DNA of 64,000 nt, from positions 682,001 through 746,000 of the forward strand of contig CP145418.1 of assembly GCA_036867785.1 (NCBI GenBank). Direction: 5' to 3'. This document shows, in pieces, positions 1-13,144 of this stretch (within the stretch, counting starts at the first letter, position 1; each line of letters starts with the position of its first letter). A model generated the notes under the pieces. The model had not been told where the DNA came from. It searched no databases and saw nothing but the letters and a program-made list of their open reading frames with translations. Origin of the DNA: Plasmodiophora brassicae. Lineage: Eukaryota. A program made the position numbers and the translations under genes.

Positions 1-2781
1 ATATACCCGTGTCTGTGCGACGTTGCTGACTCTGCGTTCAGGACTGGATGTCTGGTTTCGTTGGGCTTGTCTCTATAGTTACGCCGACCACACCTGCTCC
101 GCGCAGTGCATCTCGAGAAGAAGACATGGCCGTTGCTGGGACACCTCTCGAACTCCTTCAGGGCGTGATTATCGCTGTGTGGACACTCTACGCCTCCAAA
201 TACGAAAGCGAGTTTCGCGCGCATATTCCTACTTGCGTCCAGTGTATTTGGGCGCTTCTTGTATCCAGCAGTGACGCTGCTCCTCGAAACGAGGCTGTTG
301 TTGCTCCTGCTTTACAATTTCTGGCCGTTGTCATTCGTGCCCCATGGCACCGGACTTTGTTCTCTGCTCCAGGCCAGCTTGAAGCTCTAGCGCAGCACGT
401 CATCTTACCGAATCTTCGTCTGAGCCCCGCTGACCAGGACCAGTTCACAGTGTAAGCCAGATGTGTGTATGGCTAGATGGTTTGTTAATGCTCCCCTTAG
501 GGATCCTGTCGAGTACGTTAGGAAGGACTCGGAAGGCGCAGACCAACAGACTCGTCGGCGATTGACATGCGACCTCGTTCGTGCTATCAAAGTTCAGTTC
601 CAAAATGAAATCACCGATATTCTTGGGAAGGCAGTAGCAACCCTTATGCAGGTCTGGTATCTATTCGACCTGCGTCTTGTCTGGATACTGACAGGCCTGC
701 GTGTCCAGGAGTATGCCATATCTCCCGCAACTGGATGGGTTTCGAAGGATGCCGCAATGTATGTCGTTGTTGCTCTGTCTGTGCAAGGGCACACGGTTGC
801 GCAAGGTGCCACTCAAATCGCGGACAACATCGACGTGGCCCAGTTCTACAATCAGCACGTCCTGACTGAACTTACTGCTGAACCTGTCCGCTTTTCTGAC
901 CGACGTCTCGTTCTGTGATGTGATCTGACAATTGGTACAGATGGCCGACTTTCCCATCTTGAAAGCAGACGCGATCAAATTTGTCATCATTTTCCGGTCG
1001 CACCTGCCTGTTCAGCAGTGCCGAGATCTGATACCCACTTTGACACGGTATGCCATCGTTTCTCTGTCGTTTTCAAGAGGGGTGTAACTTCTCGAGACAA
1101 CAGTCACTTGGCGTCGCCTTCTTTCGTTGTTCACTCGTACGCGGCGACTGCCATCGAGAGGTTGCTTGCCTTGCCAAACATCATAACAAGGCCAACGCTC
1201 CAGCCACACCTGTCGTCCCTTCTAACAGCCCTGTTCAGGTAACGTTCTGGTTTACTACGCGAAACGCTTCTTAATGGTCATTGACAGCGCCCTTGATCAC
1301 GACGAGTCCGAAGAAAACGATTACATCATGAAAGCCATTATGCGGGTTCTCCATGTCGGGGCGGCTGATGTGCAACCGTTTCTGGACGCGCTGCTTCACA
1401 AGTACGTGATGTTTCATTATAACGGGTCTGCGCTAATTTAACGATGATTTCACAGATTGACATCGACACTTGTTCGCGTTGCGAGCAACCCTCGTAACCC
1501 AATGTTCAACCATTACCTGTTCGAATGTGTTGCTGTCCTGATTCGGAATACGTGCATCGACCGCCATGATTTGGTTCGAATCGACCTGCAACTGACGCAG
1601 CACGATACCTGAAACCGGTATGTCTAGGTACCCACGTTCCAGGATGCCGTGATCCCTCCGTTTAAAACAATGCTACGAGCTCAGGAGTCGTGCAGCGAAT
1701 TTGGTCCTTGTATGTGCACAGCGAGTTCGTTCTGTCTTGGCGATTCCCCTTACAGTGGCTACAGATGTGTTCCAGATCCTGTGCCAGCTCCTGCGATATA
1801 CCGGGCAAGCATTGCCGCCCGTGTTCGAGTCCATGTTCCCCAGCGTGCTGGCCCCGCCGCTCTGGGATTCCCCTGGAAATGTTCATGCGCTTACGCTTCT
1901 CATCAGGGAATATCTGGCGAAGCCTGCGTAAGCGCGTGCATGAGGCAATGCTCAATCGAGCTAATCGTACCCGCAGGTTTGTATCAACTCTTTGCGCAGG
2001 AGATGTTGGTCGTGGGTGGCTGGACGGGATCCTGGGAATCTTCCAGAAACTGATCGCATCCAAGCTGAACGACAAGTACGGGCTTCAGCTGCTGACATCG
2101 TTGGTTCGCACGGTGCCGTGGGACGTCCTGCAACCCAGCTTCAAGCAAGTCCTGGTGCTTCTGTTTACGCGCGCGCAACAGTCGATGACAGCCCAGTTCG
2201 GACGCTCTCTGTGCGTCTTCCTGTCCGAAATGATCTGCGTTCGTGGCCTTCCGACGTTGTGGAAGGAAATCGAAGCTCTGCAGGTCGGCCTGGCCGTCAC
2301 CTCCTTGTCGAAACTCCTGCTGTCGCATGTTGGATCCGTTGTCGACCATCTGGAACGGAAGACCGTCGCGGTTGCCCTGGTCCATGCCGTCGGACCGCAA
2401 TCCATCGAAGTTGTCCTGAGCGCAGGTCCAGCCGGCGAGAGATTCTGGGCGGACGCCCTGGACAAGCTCGTCGACCTGCTCGAGATCATATCCGGTGGGG
2501 CAGACGTTGCTACCGCTGCCGACCCTGCAGAATCCATCCTGAGCCAGCTCGAGGAGGCCGGTGGGTACTCGGCCTCGTACAACCGTCTCGCATTCGCCAG
2601 CGCCCCTGCAAAGGACCCGTTCCCGAACACTGACGTTGTCCAAATGTTCACCCAAGCCCTGGCGGAGGCGTCGCGCCTGCGTCCAGGCAAGTTGCAGAGC
2701 GTGATGGGCACGCACCTACCGCCCGCCAGGTGCGTTCGTATCCAGGAGATCTGCAGCGGCCATCTTGTGCAACTGGCGTGA
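1..2781 (+). CDS. CSE1: Exportin-2 / CSE1 (CAS), 5'-partial, multi-exon
   Basis: Spliced peptides match CSE1 motifs: [31 protein letters not shown] (intron 452-500), [61 protein letters not shown] and [12 protein letters not shown]. Stop at 2779-2781. Confidence 0.9.
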
Positions 2782-2980
2782 TTGTGACGCACCAGAGTGA
2801 CGAAACGATGCCCAACCGTAATACAGGTTCAGCATTCTGCAATTAGTACGGTTTACAAGTCTGGGACGGCCTGCCCGCTGGGCCCCTGGCCAGGTGGACC
2901 GGTGGGCAGCGCCCAACTGCCGGGGTGTTCGTTGCAAGGCCCGTTGGCGTTGTCCCCAGGGGGCCGGACGCCGTTCCCGG

Positions 2981-4918
2981 ATGTCGTCTCGCGTCGAGCA
3001 GCACGCCGACCTGACGTCGCACAGTGTCGATTATGCATTGTACTCGGCGATCGTCGACGACGAACTGATCGTCGAGGCGGAACAGAAGAGCAACGGCCAG
3101 CGATGGTCGGGCGTGTTCACGGCCAAATGTAATGTTTGTCGACCCCGTTTGGTGTCTGGGACGCCCGTGTCAACGCGTCGCCTTAGATATCGAGGACATG
3201 ACCGCGAACACGGGCAACGTGAAGAAGTTCTCCGTCTTTGTCAACATGCTGTGGGCCGCATTGCGAGGGTCGACAGATTCGGTCTTCGTCGACCTGCTGA
3301 CCGCGAGCGACCTCGAAAGCCTCCGATCGAGGACGGCGGGACCGCAGTCTAACGGCAGACCGGGGTTCAGTCACGTCGTCAGTCACGCGCCAGCCGGTAC
3401 GGGTCGCTAACCTGTCCCGTTTGGCAGAACGCAGCGGAAGCCATCTAAACCCAACAACAAACGCTACCTCATCCTGACATACACTGTCGAGTTCGACAGG
3501 TACGTTTGCGTCACCGCTGCCTGCTCAGCTACGAATGAACGTTGCTCTCGGGCAGAGTGCATTACCCGCTGATGTTGAAGCACAGCGAGGTGCCCGAGAC
3601 CGAGGCGTTGCAGAGGACCATCCAGCGCCTGCGCGCTGAACTGGCCACTGCGAAGAGTTCCAGGCACCAGCCCGATCGTCAGCAGTCCGGTATCGCTGGC
3701 GAACGGACCATCCCGCAGACGAGCTCGTCGTGACTGATGGTCGTCATCGCACAGACCTGCTCGACAAACTCCAGGCGGAAAATAGGCGCCTGGCCCAGAT
3801 GGTGGATGATTCGGTCTGTGAACGTGCCGGTCGTTGGCCCCGCCGGGGTTCGACACGTTGTCGCTGACCTGGGAACCCTGTAGGTATCCACTGCCGAGCA
3901 GCGCCTGGCCGATGCCCAGGCCGAGATCGGCGATCTGCACGCGGCCCTGTCCAGCGAGAGAGCCAAAGTGCAGGCGCTCACGAAGCAGCTCGAGAAACTT
4001 CGCCTGGAGTCCATGCAGAAACCGGTCCGCAAGCCGGCGACGTCGTCGTTGCCAAGGTACAGTCCATGGCAGGATTCATTGTGACCCATCCAATGGCAAA
4101 CATCCCTTTGCAGCGGTAGCCAGCGGAGGCGGTCGCCGTCCGCCACCGGTTCCGCCTCTTCGACACGGAGGAAACCGCTTGTTTCAAGGGCACAACCTGT
4201 TCCTCGAAGCCCCGCATTGATGGGCAAGGGGCAGGCAGCAACGTCGCCGATGACGCGGGGCCGGCCCCGTTCGCGATCACGCGGGACGACTGTGAGCCCG
4301 GCGCCGTCGTCCAGCCGTCGTTCGCACCCCGTCCTGGATCGCAGCAGTCCTTCGAGGACAGGGCGCAGCCGATCGCCAAGGGTGCCTGCGCCTCGATTCG
4401 ACCCGACCGCCTACGTTCGGGAACGGGCACACAAGCTGCGGTCGGGATCCAGCCGATCCCCGAGCCCTTGGACGAGTCAGGCGGCCAATAGCTCTCCAGC
4501 CAGGTCCCCACCCATCAATGCACAACACGAACAGGGGCTGAAGTGGCATCCATGCAGGAGTCGCGGGCGATCGTCTTCGAGAGGGTTCACAGCGGGCGAG
4601 CGTTCACCCGCAGCAAGATCGCCAGGCAGCGGCAAAGAGAACAGCGCTCGGCAAGCGCAAACACGGACGCAGCCGGTTCTACGATCCGCAAGCGAACGCC
4701 TGATGCCGAAGCGAACTCTCGACGAACGCAAGGCGCTCCCGCCCCGGATCGACGACGACGACAGGAGCCCGTCGCCCGACGGCGCCAATAGCCGGACGTC
4801 CACCTGCGATCGCGTACGAACCGCGGGCCAGATCCGGGACCTAGACGCCCGCCTCAACGAGCTGCAGCGTTTCCTCAAGGTCGCCAAGAGCTCGTCGGCG
4901 CGTGCGCTTAATCACTAG
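2981..4918 (+). CDS. CCDC61: CCDC61/VFL3-like centrosomal protein (SAS-6-like head, coiled coil, basic tail), multi-exon
   Basis: RWSGVFTAK..IEDMTANTGNVKKFSVFVNML..VDLLTASDLESLR, KRYLILTYTVEFDR|VHYPL, PRFDPTAYVRER and C-terminal DLDARLNELQRF are characteristic of CCDC61. Confidence 0.85.
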
Positions 4919-5036
4919 ACTGCCTATCGAATCGTTGCACCAGGAGAGATGTTGACTGGCCTATCGAATCCGTTGCACCAGGAGAGATGTTGACGGGCCT
5001 ATCGAATCGTTGCACCAGGAGAGATGTTGACTGGCC
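4918..5036. repeat. 37-38 bp tandem repeat, 3 copies
   Basis: Unit GCCTATCGAATC(C)GTTGCACCAGGAGAGATGTTGAC[T/G]G starts at about 4922, 4959 and 4997, with no spacers. Confidence 0.95.
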
Positions 5037-5113
5037 GGAAGGAGGCGTCGCAAAACGCGAACGACGGGGGAAGTCCGTGGCGTAGGGCACTGCGCCGCCC
5101 AGGTCGGATCGCG

Positions 5114-5866
5114 ATGCCGCTCCTGACCTTGCTGGGGCGGGTCCACGATGGGATGCCGCTGGCAGGGACGCAGGATTCGCACCCCGACCTGGGCGAATTC
5201 CAGCGCCAGGCCAAGGCGATACTGAATTCGCTGACGCACTCGTCGCCGGCCCGGTCGATCATCTCGTCGCCGCCCTACGTGTACTACTATGTCATCGAGG
5301 ACGCCGTCTGCTACATTTGCATGTGCGATCCGCATTACCCGGCCCAGCTGGCGTACCAGTACCTGGAACAGGTGCAGCATCAGTTTATGCTTGCGCACGG
5401 CGACCAGGTCAACCAGTTCAGCCGGCCGTACGCGGCGATCGCTTTCGGTAGGCCCGCGCCCCCTGTTGGCTGGTTTGTGACGTGGTTGTGATGTCGCTGG
5501 GCAGACACAAGGTTGAACCGATTGCGTCGGGAGTTCCTGGATCCCAGGTCGTCCGACAACATCGCCAAGCTGAATGCGAACCTTACACAGGTGCACAATG
5601 TTATGAGGTCAAATATGAACGAGATCCTCAAACGGGGCGAGCACCTGAGCTCGCTCGAGGTACGTTCCGCGCCGGCATACCCCCGACGTTGACGCTGCCC
5701 TCACACCGCCTGGCTGTAGGACAAGACTGTCGAACTGAAGGAGGCTTCCAAGAAGTACCTGTCGACGGCGAAATGGGCGGCGTGGACGTCGGCCGTCAAG
5801 GCCTGGGCGCCGATCATCATCGTCGTATGCGTCATCATGATCATGCTCTACGTGAAACTCGGCTGA
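5114..5866 (+). CDS. SEC22: SEC22-like longin R-SNARE, 3 exons
   Basis: MPLLTLLGRVHDGMPLA longin domain, YPAQLAYQYLE, RPYAAIAFD, SNARE motif VHNVMRSNMNEILKRGEHL and a C-terminal TM anchor. Introns 5448-5504 and about 5660-5719. Confidence 0.9.
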
Positions 5867-6327
5867 TCGACACGGCCCCCCACCCAAACGTCTAAACTTG
5901 CAATATATTGTACGAGCGTCGCCGGTGCCCGAATCGTCCGCCACGATGCCCGATCGCCCGGCAGCATCGCGTGGTGTCGCGCCTCCCGTTTGCCGGCCAC
6001 GAAGGTGTGTCTCCGCCACATCGAATGGCGAACGTTCGCGACGCAAAACGGCGTGCCGGTGGGAAAAACGCGGGCGGGCGTCACCGCAAATTGATGCCGC
6101 TGCCGAATCGACGTGACGCGCGGCGACGCCGGAAGCGTCGTGGTCGTCGCGGGCCGGCGGTCACGCGCGCCCAGCGGTGCGTAACGTCGCCTGCGTTTTT
6201 GAGGTCACGGTTCGACCGTGACGGCGCCGTGGTCGCCGCGCTAGTGAAGCCGTCCCGGAACCTGACGCAGGTGGCGCCGCGCGGGTTGTCTCGCAGGGCC
6301 CGGTCGGCCTGCTTCATTCCGCAATGG

Positions 6328-6927
6328 ATGTTCCCGCTCCTGATGAAGACGCTGGGCATATCGCCTGACTTCCTCCGGCTGGCGGCGGTCAACCTGGCCT
6401 GCCACGCGGCCATCGGCAAACTCGTGCGATGGCGACACTGTGAGTTTGAGCAAGCGCTCGACAAGAACGGCGTGATCTACTACCTTGGGACGAATGCTCT
6501 AACGGCGCCTTGGCACAGTCAGGCCGTCCTGCACGAGATCCGCATCGGAGGGTCGGCCTGCAGGTCGGCGAAAGTCGTATCGAGGGAGCCTGTCGCCGGA
6601 GCGACCTTCTTGACTGGGCAACACACCATTGTCGACCTGAGACCACGCTCCTTCCTGCCCTCACGCTATACGCTGCATATCAGCGGGGCGCTCCCCACTC
6701 TGGACGTTGTTCTCGAAGCGAGCAGCGACGACGGGCGCACGTGGGACTCGCTCGACTGGACGCCTCACGACTGGACGTGCTGGACGCCCACAACAACGTC
6801 GATTCGGCTGACGGCAGAGTTCGCATACAGCATGTTTCGTCTAGTCGCCAAACAGCGAACGTTCATTTCGTGCTTCGACCTTCACGGCACCCTCTTTGAG
6901 AGCACCGTTGGCGGCAGGCACCCGTGA
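6328..6927 (+). CDS. Small protein with a galactose-binding-like (F5/8-type, HECTD1-like) beta-sandwich domain
   Basis: LDKNGVIYYLGTN motif, IVDL..PSRYTL, LEASSDDGRTW and YSMFRL resemble the domain found in HECTD1 and BTB proteins. The start is taken at the ATG at 6328. Confidence 0.55.
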   Translation: MFPLLMKTLGISPDFLRLAAVNLACHAAIGKLVRWRHCEFEQALDKNGVIYYLGTNALTAPWHSQAVLHEIRIGGSACRSAKVVSREPVAGATFLTGQHTIVDLRPRSFLPSRYTLHISGALPTLDVVLEASSDDGRTWDSLDWTPHDWTCWTPTTTSIRLTAEFAYSMFRLVAKQRTFISCFDLHGTLFESTVGGRHP

Positions 6928-6974
6928 TGCGTTGTTTTAAATACAGCCAGGCGGTCGTTCAGCAGCGGTGCTAC

Positions 6975-9799
6975 TTAGTCAGCGAGATGCAGAGTGCCCT
7001 GCTTCGGGCAATGGGAAATGAACGTGTGCGTGACCAGTGACACGAACACGAGCAGATGGAGCGCCAGCATATAGAAGAACGTCCCGGTTCGTAACGTCTT
7101 GTTACCCAGGACCATCTTGGCGGAATTGAAGATCACTTTCTCCATAACGTTCAGGTTCGCGTATCTGCATGAGCACAGCGGATCAACGATTTGGACTTCG
7201 AAGGAGCAACAGATGGACCCTTGCTGGCGTTGAGCTTTCGTATAGTTTGTGAACGGGTTCTGCCGCTCGTTGAAGAGCGTTTCATACTTGTTCACTGTGG
7301 GATCGTTGGATATCGACGCATTGCCGGCCTCGATGTCGTCTGCGACTAGTCAGAACATATATACGGAAGGAGAGCAAAGGCGACGAATCATTACCCGCGT
7401 TGCCTCGACGATTAAACGTTTGTATCTGCCTCAGTTTCTGGTAGAGCTTCTCATTGTCTGCCTGCAGAGATGCAAGCTGTGCGGAAAGGGTCTGGCAGCG
7501 ACCCTCGGCGGCTGCCTTTTCCGCTTCCATGGCTTGAGCCGCTTTTTTATACCGATCTCGCTGAAACAGAAGAATCTGGTCTGGAGCATCGATGTCTGCC
7601 TTATCTGAGAGAAGGGCGGCTTGAACAACTGCACAAGTCGAAATGAGCCACAGCGCAACGAGTACCCACAGCAGCAGCGGTTGTACCGTTGGCTGATTTG
7701 GAACTATGCGAGGCCAAGCTATGCTCGAGCTCCCGTATGGTCGCGTTGAGACGAACGATTTCTTCAGTGGCCTCCTTCAGGCCGTTGTTCGTTTCGGAAA
7801 GCTGCTCACCGATGGAAATGTTCTCACATCGTAGCCTGGGGTGGCGTTAGAGAAACTGGGATAAGCAATTAGACATAACGAGAAACCTGGCCAAGTCTGA
7901 TTCAAGCTTCTGATTCTTCTGAAGCAGCGTCCGTTCAAGAGCGGTGTCCTGGTGGTCGCCCTCGTCTTCGGCACTATTGAACTGGACTACCTATAACGTT
8001 TTTCAACGCACGGAACTGTTGGGCGTATCGTACTCCAGAGCCGCCCCGACCTGAAGTAATTTCAGCTGGGTTTTGACTCGAGCGAATTCCTCGGCGGATG
8101 GTAATGACGACAGGGCCTCCTAAGAAACAGACCAGATCAGCTGGACTGTTTGATACATCTTCGAAGGCAGATAGGTACCTGAAGCATAGCAATCTGTCCG
8201 TGACACTCGGCCAGTTCGGCAGCATGGCGACGCTCTAAGACGTCCCGACTTTCTTCATCTTGAACGTTTCGAGCCCGGTATGTGGCAATTTGTGAGCGCG
8301 CTGCCTCAAGTTCGCGCATCGTGACCACTGAAAGACGACACGTTTACAAGCGGAATCGGTCAAGGTTTCGTTCTTCATACTTAGACGATGAGATGCATCG
8401 CTTGCTTGCTGCTTTGCTTGCAGGACGTCGGCGTTGGATGAGATGTCGGAAGCACGTTGCAGTTCGGCTTGCAGGTCAGCCTACAAATGAAACATCAAGG
8501 CGAAGCTGCGAGACAAGGCAGGGGGCGTACTTTCTCGTGCTGCAGCATCATAATGGTCGTATTCGCGCTCTGCAGCTCTTCCAGCATACGATTTGAATCA
8601 GTATCCCTCGCAGCAGCATCCTGATCTAAACAGTTGGCCTGTCAACATGGGACGCGATGCGCCCAACTGGACATTGCCTTTGCGGTCGTGGATGGCGAAT
8701 AGTTGCGACTGCAACTCATCGCATTGCGTCTGCGTCTTGAGAAGCAGATCTCGGCATCTGACTATCTGCAGAAATATAAGAACCGCGGTGAGCACGCCAT
8801 TTACCTGTTGTGGCAATACCTCTTGCTGTAGCTGCTGTTCGCGGTTCCGCGCTTCGTTTATAAGCTGGCTGCGCTCGGTCTCAAATTGCTTTGTTCGTAA
8901 TTCAAGGGTCGCCTCTAAAATCGTGTCCGATGAGGATTCGGAACCCGACGATATCGGCTACGTGTTGACCTGTTTGCTGGGAAGCGTTCTGTTCCAACTC
9001 CCGTATCCTGTCTTCGAGGCGTCGGATCGTAACCTGGACAAGGCATAGGATAAGGTTCCATTACTCCCGTTTCAAGAATGCTCACATACGAACCTCCTGA
9101 TTTTTCATCTTGCTAAATTCCTTGTCGTACTCTCTGATCTGGCCTTGAAGCGCTTTGACAGTTTTCTGTAACATTTGGCGGGTGAGGAATGACGCAAGTC
9201 ATTATGCTACCGACCCAACCTGATCCTGAGTATGTTGAACGGCTCGCTGAAGCATTGGCACAGGATCCGGCAACGGATACAGGAGCGAGTAAACCTAGGA
9301 ACGGCACGATCAGCAAGTATAACGTGCAATGAACAGCATTTACCTGCGTAAAGCACGTTTCAGCGTAAACGGCACGTTTCGTCAGTTCGTCAATCTCCTT
9401 CTGAAACGCACGAATTGCATCGGTCGTTGCTTTCTGTGAGCAAGGGCTTCCCTAAGGGAATTACAAAGGCGCCGTTATAGCAATGATCACCTTGGACTGA
9501 TCAGGATCTCCGGCAGCGGTCTTCATGGCCTTCAGCAAATCGCTAAGGCCTTTCCGGGCCTGTTTGCTGCGCTCCTCATTGCCGCTCCTACTGACGGTTC
9601 AGATACAGGATACCACGGCGGCACAGACGTACAGCGCTAGGGCCTGACGGTCAATTATGGGACGCAGAGCGTCCAGCCCGAGTTCTGGCCATGTAATTCA
9701 GTATCGTACGCCATATAGCACGGCGCCAAACGCCAGACCTGTCCATGCAGTCAGGACAGCCTGAGGTGTCGCAGATTCGGTCAATGGCTCGTCAGCCAT
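6975..9799 (-). CDS. CASP: Golgin CASP (CUX1 alternatively spliced product / Coy1-like), multi-exon
   Basis: N-terminal AFQKEIDELTKRAVYAE, long coiled coils, LQADNEKLYQKLR, KYETLFNERQNPF and a C-terminal TM with conserved Tyr/His (FFYMLALHLLVF). Confidence 0.85.
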
Positions 9800-10082
9800 T
9801 GCGGAATTGTGACGCGCTCGACGAAAACCAACGCCAGACGTATTATCCGCATCGCTCCGGGTTCGTATTTTTGGCCACCTGAAAACGGGTCTGGACTCTG
9901 GACTGCTGCTACCAACGTGGTCCGTCACCGAGACGCAGCGCCGTGACGATACCGCAATAGAAACGACGCTCTTATTATGCCCGGGCCAGTAGCAATTTCA
10001 AATAGAGATGCGACAGCGTTTCAAGTCAATATTAATCGAGCAGTAGTCAACGTCCTGACACCGTTTGCCATCGGTACGTCAA

Positions 10083-11054
10083 ATGGACGCAAGAGCCTCT
10101 AGAAACGTGGGCAACGTGGGGTACCCGTTTATCTGTAGCTGGCGGCGTGGCCTGCGAACTCTGCGCCGCGCTGGATCAGGATGCGGCCAAACGAGGTTAT
10201 CCTCCCGACGGAGTCCGCCGCGCAGTCCGTGGGCAAGGCAACCTGCACTTTCGCGAACGTCCCCTCAAGCACGTTCGCGACGATGACCATCGGGTTTAAC
10301 TGCCCGAAATGCGGCTCTGCCAACACGAAGAGCCGTAGGACCGCTTCCAGTTCAACCGTTGACAACGCGTCTGACGGTATTATCAACATCATGTAAGCCG
10401 CGAAGTCGCAATGTCGTAGGGCACGTATGCACTTTACGACGATGATGCAGGAGCTATTGTTGCAAGTGTAAGCTCGCCTGGTCTCGAGGCATTGAGCAAC
10501 CTGATAGAACGCGAATAATGCGTTCGAGAAACAAGTCTGAAATCCGAGGGGTACTATCGCCGTCACGCGACGTCAGTGACGACGACACGACTGACAGTGA
10601 TGAATTCGTTGACGGTACGGATTCGTATCACGTATCACCGATTGGAGTTTCTGCTGCTTATTCACGATTCTGAAGCTGCTGGGCGTGCACCTTCTGCAGC
10701 GCCTCGAGGACACATTGAAGAGTGTGCCAACTGTAACGTCATAATATCCCATCAGGACCCAGGTTCGCACCGATTGGTATTAAGTAATGATCTAATGATG
10801 AATAACGTTGCGCGATAGTGTTCCTGTGCAGTAACGGGTGTGGTAGATCGTTCCACATGCAGTGCGTTCATGATCCTTTGAATGGGTCGTTGGTTTGCCA
10901 ACGATGCACAAACAAGCCTGAATCAGGCGAGATGACCACAGCGGCAGCACGGACCGCCTTCCTTAACGAGTGTCGTGAAGTTATCCGTTCCGTCATGGCC
11001 AACGAGAAAGACCACGACGTCCAGCTGCCTGGCTTGTACGACCGTGTCGCGTAG
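10083..11054 (+). CDS. Putative zinc-finger (PHD-like) protein, multi-exon; model uncertain
   Basis: Exons encode CPKCGS and CANC...|FLCSNGCGRSFHMQCV..LVCQRC, which is a C4HC3 spacing. Confidence 0.5.
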
Positions 11055-11491
11055 TTCTCCGTCTCTGTGACCTGCTATTAACGAGTATATGTCAGTTCTG
11101 GAGCGTGGCCGCAATCGTGTCAGTTCCGCGTCGAGAGCCTACCGCCTGCATCGTCAACCTGCAACGACGGCCAATCGGCATCGTCATCTTCTGCTCTACT
11201 GGCATCCATTCGGACAGCATGGAAAACTCTTCAAATGGATCTACCTGACGATTTGCGATCGTCTCCGTCTGCGTTCGTTTATTATTAGTCCGGCGCTATG
11301 TAGGTTCCTCGGTCAATCTAATCGTATTGCGCTACAGAGATCTGGATTCTATCACCGAAACGAATTTGAATTCGGCAGGATTTCATTTCCTTGATGGCTT
11401 GCTGCGGAAGGTCCTGCAAATACGGTCGTTCACGATGTAAGCGTACGCTGTGTGTCTGGAGTAGTAGTACGGGTCGCTGACATTGTCATAG

Positions 11492-11945
11492 GGAATCGAA
11501 GGCGCAGGAGTCGGCAGGTTCATGGCAAGCTGTCTTCCATGCGTCACGCGCGTTGGGGATCGACGAAGAGTATGTCCATTGTCGAGTTGAGCGCAGCTCT
11601 CTCACTGATATTCGTTCCGCGTGAATCAGGGTGATCAAGGCGGCCGAGGGTGCCCTGCAGGGTCTGATGGCTGTCGGTGAGTTTCGCGACGCTCTGAAAC
11701 CGGACAAGCCAAACAAGAGGCCCCTGCGACAAAAGGACACGGAAACGTGGACCGTGGAGCGTGTCATCCAGTTCCTTCACGACAACGACCTATCCGAGCT
11801 GGATTCGATGTTCACCTCCAACGGCGTGGACGGCGTCACGTTGCTTGACCTGACCTACGAGGACCTCAAGGACGACCTCGAACTGGCGGACGAGGGCTTG
11901 ATCCGCCGCCTGCTTGATGCAGTCGATCGAATCAAGGACCAATGA
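11492..11945 (+). CDS. SAM-domain protein; 5' end uncertain
   Basis: ETWTVERVIQFLHDNDLSELDSMFTSNGVDGVTLLDLTYEDLKDDLEL..RRLLDAV is a canonical SAM domain. Confidence 0.75.
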
Positions 11946-12121
11946 AGTTGTGTCATGTCTGTCGTTATACGGCAAATGCTCTACCGGTCGTCGATCGTAC
12001 ATCTGTGGATACTGGTGGAGTCGGGGCGCCGCTAGTCGACCGGCCGGGGTCGCATGAGACAGAGTACCCTGATCGGTCCGCGCTAGGCTTGCGTTGGCGT
12101 CCTCCAGTGAACGTCGACTTC

Positions 12122-12934
12122 ATGTCGCAAGCGCTAACCCAGTCGGTGCTGGGCGTCTTGCTGTTCGTCCTTGCCGTCGTCTTGGCTCTCTTCCTGGACA
12201 CCTGGTACAGCCGACGCAGTTCACGTTCGCAAGGCTGGGAGCGGATCAACGAAGGTGTCGTGTTCGTGTTGCTACTCGCGATCGGGACCACGATTGCCCA
12301 AATGTTCCTGAAGGGGCGCACCGAGGCGCAGTGCCAGATTCTGCACCGCACTGCGGCCACGTTCTTCCACACCAGCGAAGCGTTCGTTCGGATCGTGTTC
12401 CTCGCGCGCCTGCTCGAGATCAACAAAATGAGCCGGCCATGGGAGCGCATGCTGGATCGTTGCGTGCTGGGGGCCGGGTTCCTGGAATGGATGCTCGCCG
12501 TCATCCTGCAGAACCTGACGATGGATACCGCCGTGGTCGACGACATGTGCACGGCGATTCTGAGTCCCGCCGCCACCGTCCTCATGTTCCTGTTGCCACA
12601 ACTGGTCGACGTCGTGACGAACGTGCGCTTGTACCAGGTCCTTATGGCGACTGAGTCTCGGCACGCCCACATGTTCCTGATCAGGATGACGTTCGGGTTC
12701 TGCCTGGCATCCTCCGTCATCAGCGTCCTGAGCCTGCTGATCATTATGCAAATCATCCCGCTCCCCGTCCGCTTCTACACGATCTGGCTGACGTTCCAGC
12801 AGGACTTCGACGCGTGCTCGGTGGCCCTGCCGAACATCATTGTCCGATTCGCCCATCGCTCCCGAGCCGTGCACCCATCGCCGTACGCCAACACGTCCGA
12901 CCAGTATGCGACAGCGACGGCTGACAAGTCCTGA
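12122..12934 (+). CDS. GPCR-like 7TM protein, array copy 1
   Basis: Intronless 270 aa protein with seven hydrophobic segments, a Cys at the start of TM3 and a Cys in loop 4-5. Paralogous to the other copies. Confidence 0.8.
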   Translation: MSQALTQSVLGVLLFVLAVVLALFLDTWYSRRSSRSQGWERINEGVVFVLLLAIGTTIAQMFLKGRTEAQCQILHRTAATFFHTSEAFVRIVFLARLLEINKMSRPWERMLDRCVLGAGFLEWMLAVILQNLTMDTAVVDDMCTAILSPAATVLMFLLPQLVDVVTNVRLYQVLMATESRHAHMFLIRMTFGFCLASSVISVLSLLIIMQIIPLPVRFYTIWLTFQQDFDACSVALPNIIVRFAHRSRAVHPSPYANTSDQYATATADKS

Positions 12935-13144
12935 AAGGTCACCTTTACCGACCCGTCAGCAATCCCGGCCATCTCGTTTCAGGTCAGCAACCACGCGTGC
13001 TTTCTAATACATCTGCTGTCCAGGCGCGTACACGGCTGCCCCACTGGAATATATAACATTGTCGGGTCGCATGGGATTGGGGAGGGTACCCGATCACAGT
13101 TGTCGAGGGCCCGCAGGCACGCTGGTTACCTGTCGCCCAGCAGC

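Noticed and set aside
4918-5036. 37-bp repeats as a CRISPR array
   Set aside because: The units are directly adjacent with no unique spacers, there are no cas genes, and the context is eukaryotic.
5908-6327. Arg-rich N-terminal extension of ORF 5908-6927
   Set aside because: It starts at TTG and looks like GC-rich intergenic sequence that is open by chance. The ATG at 6328 is preferred.
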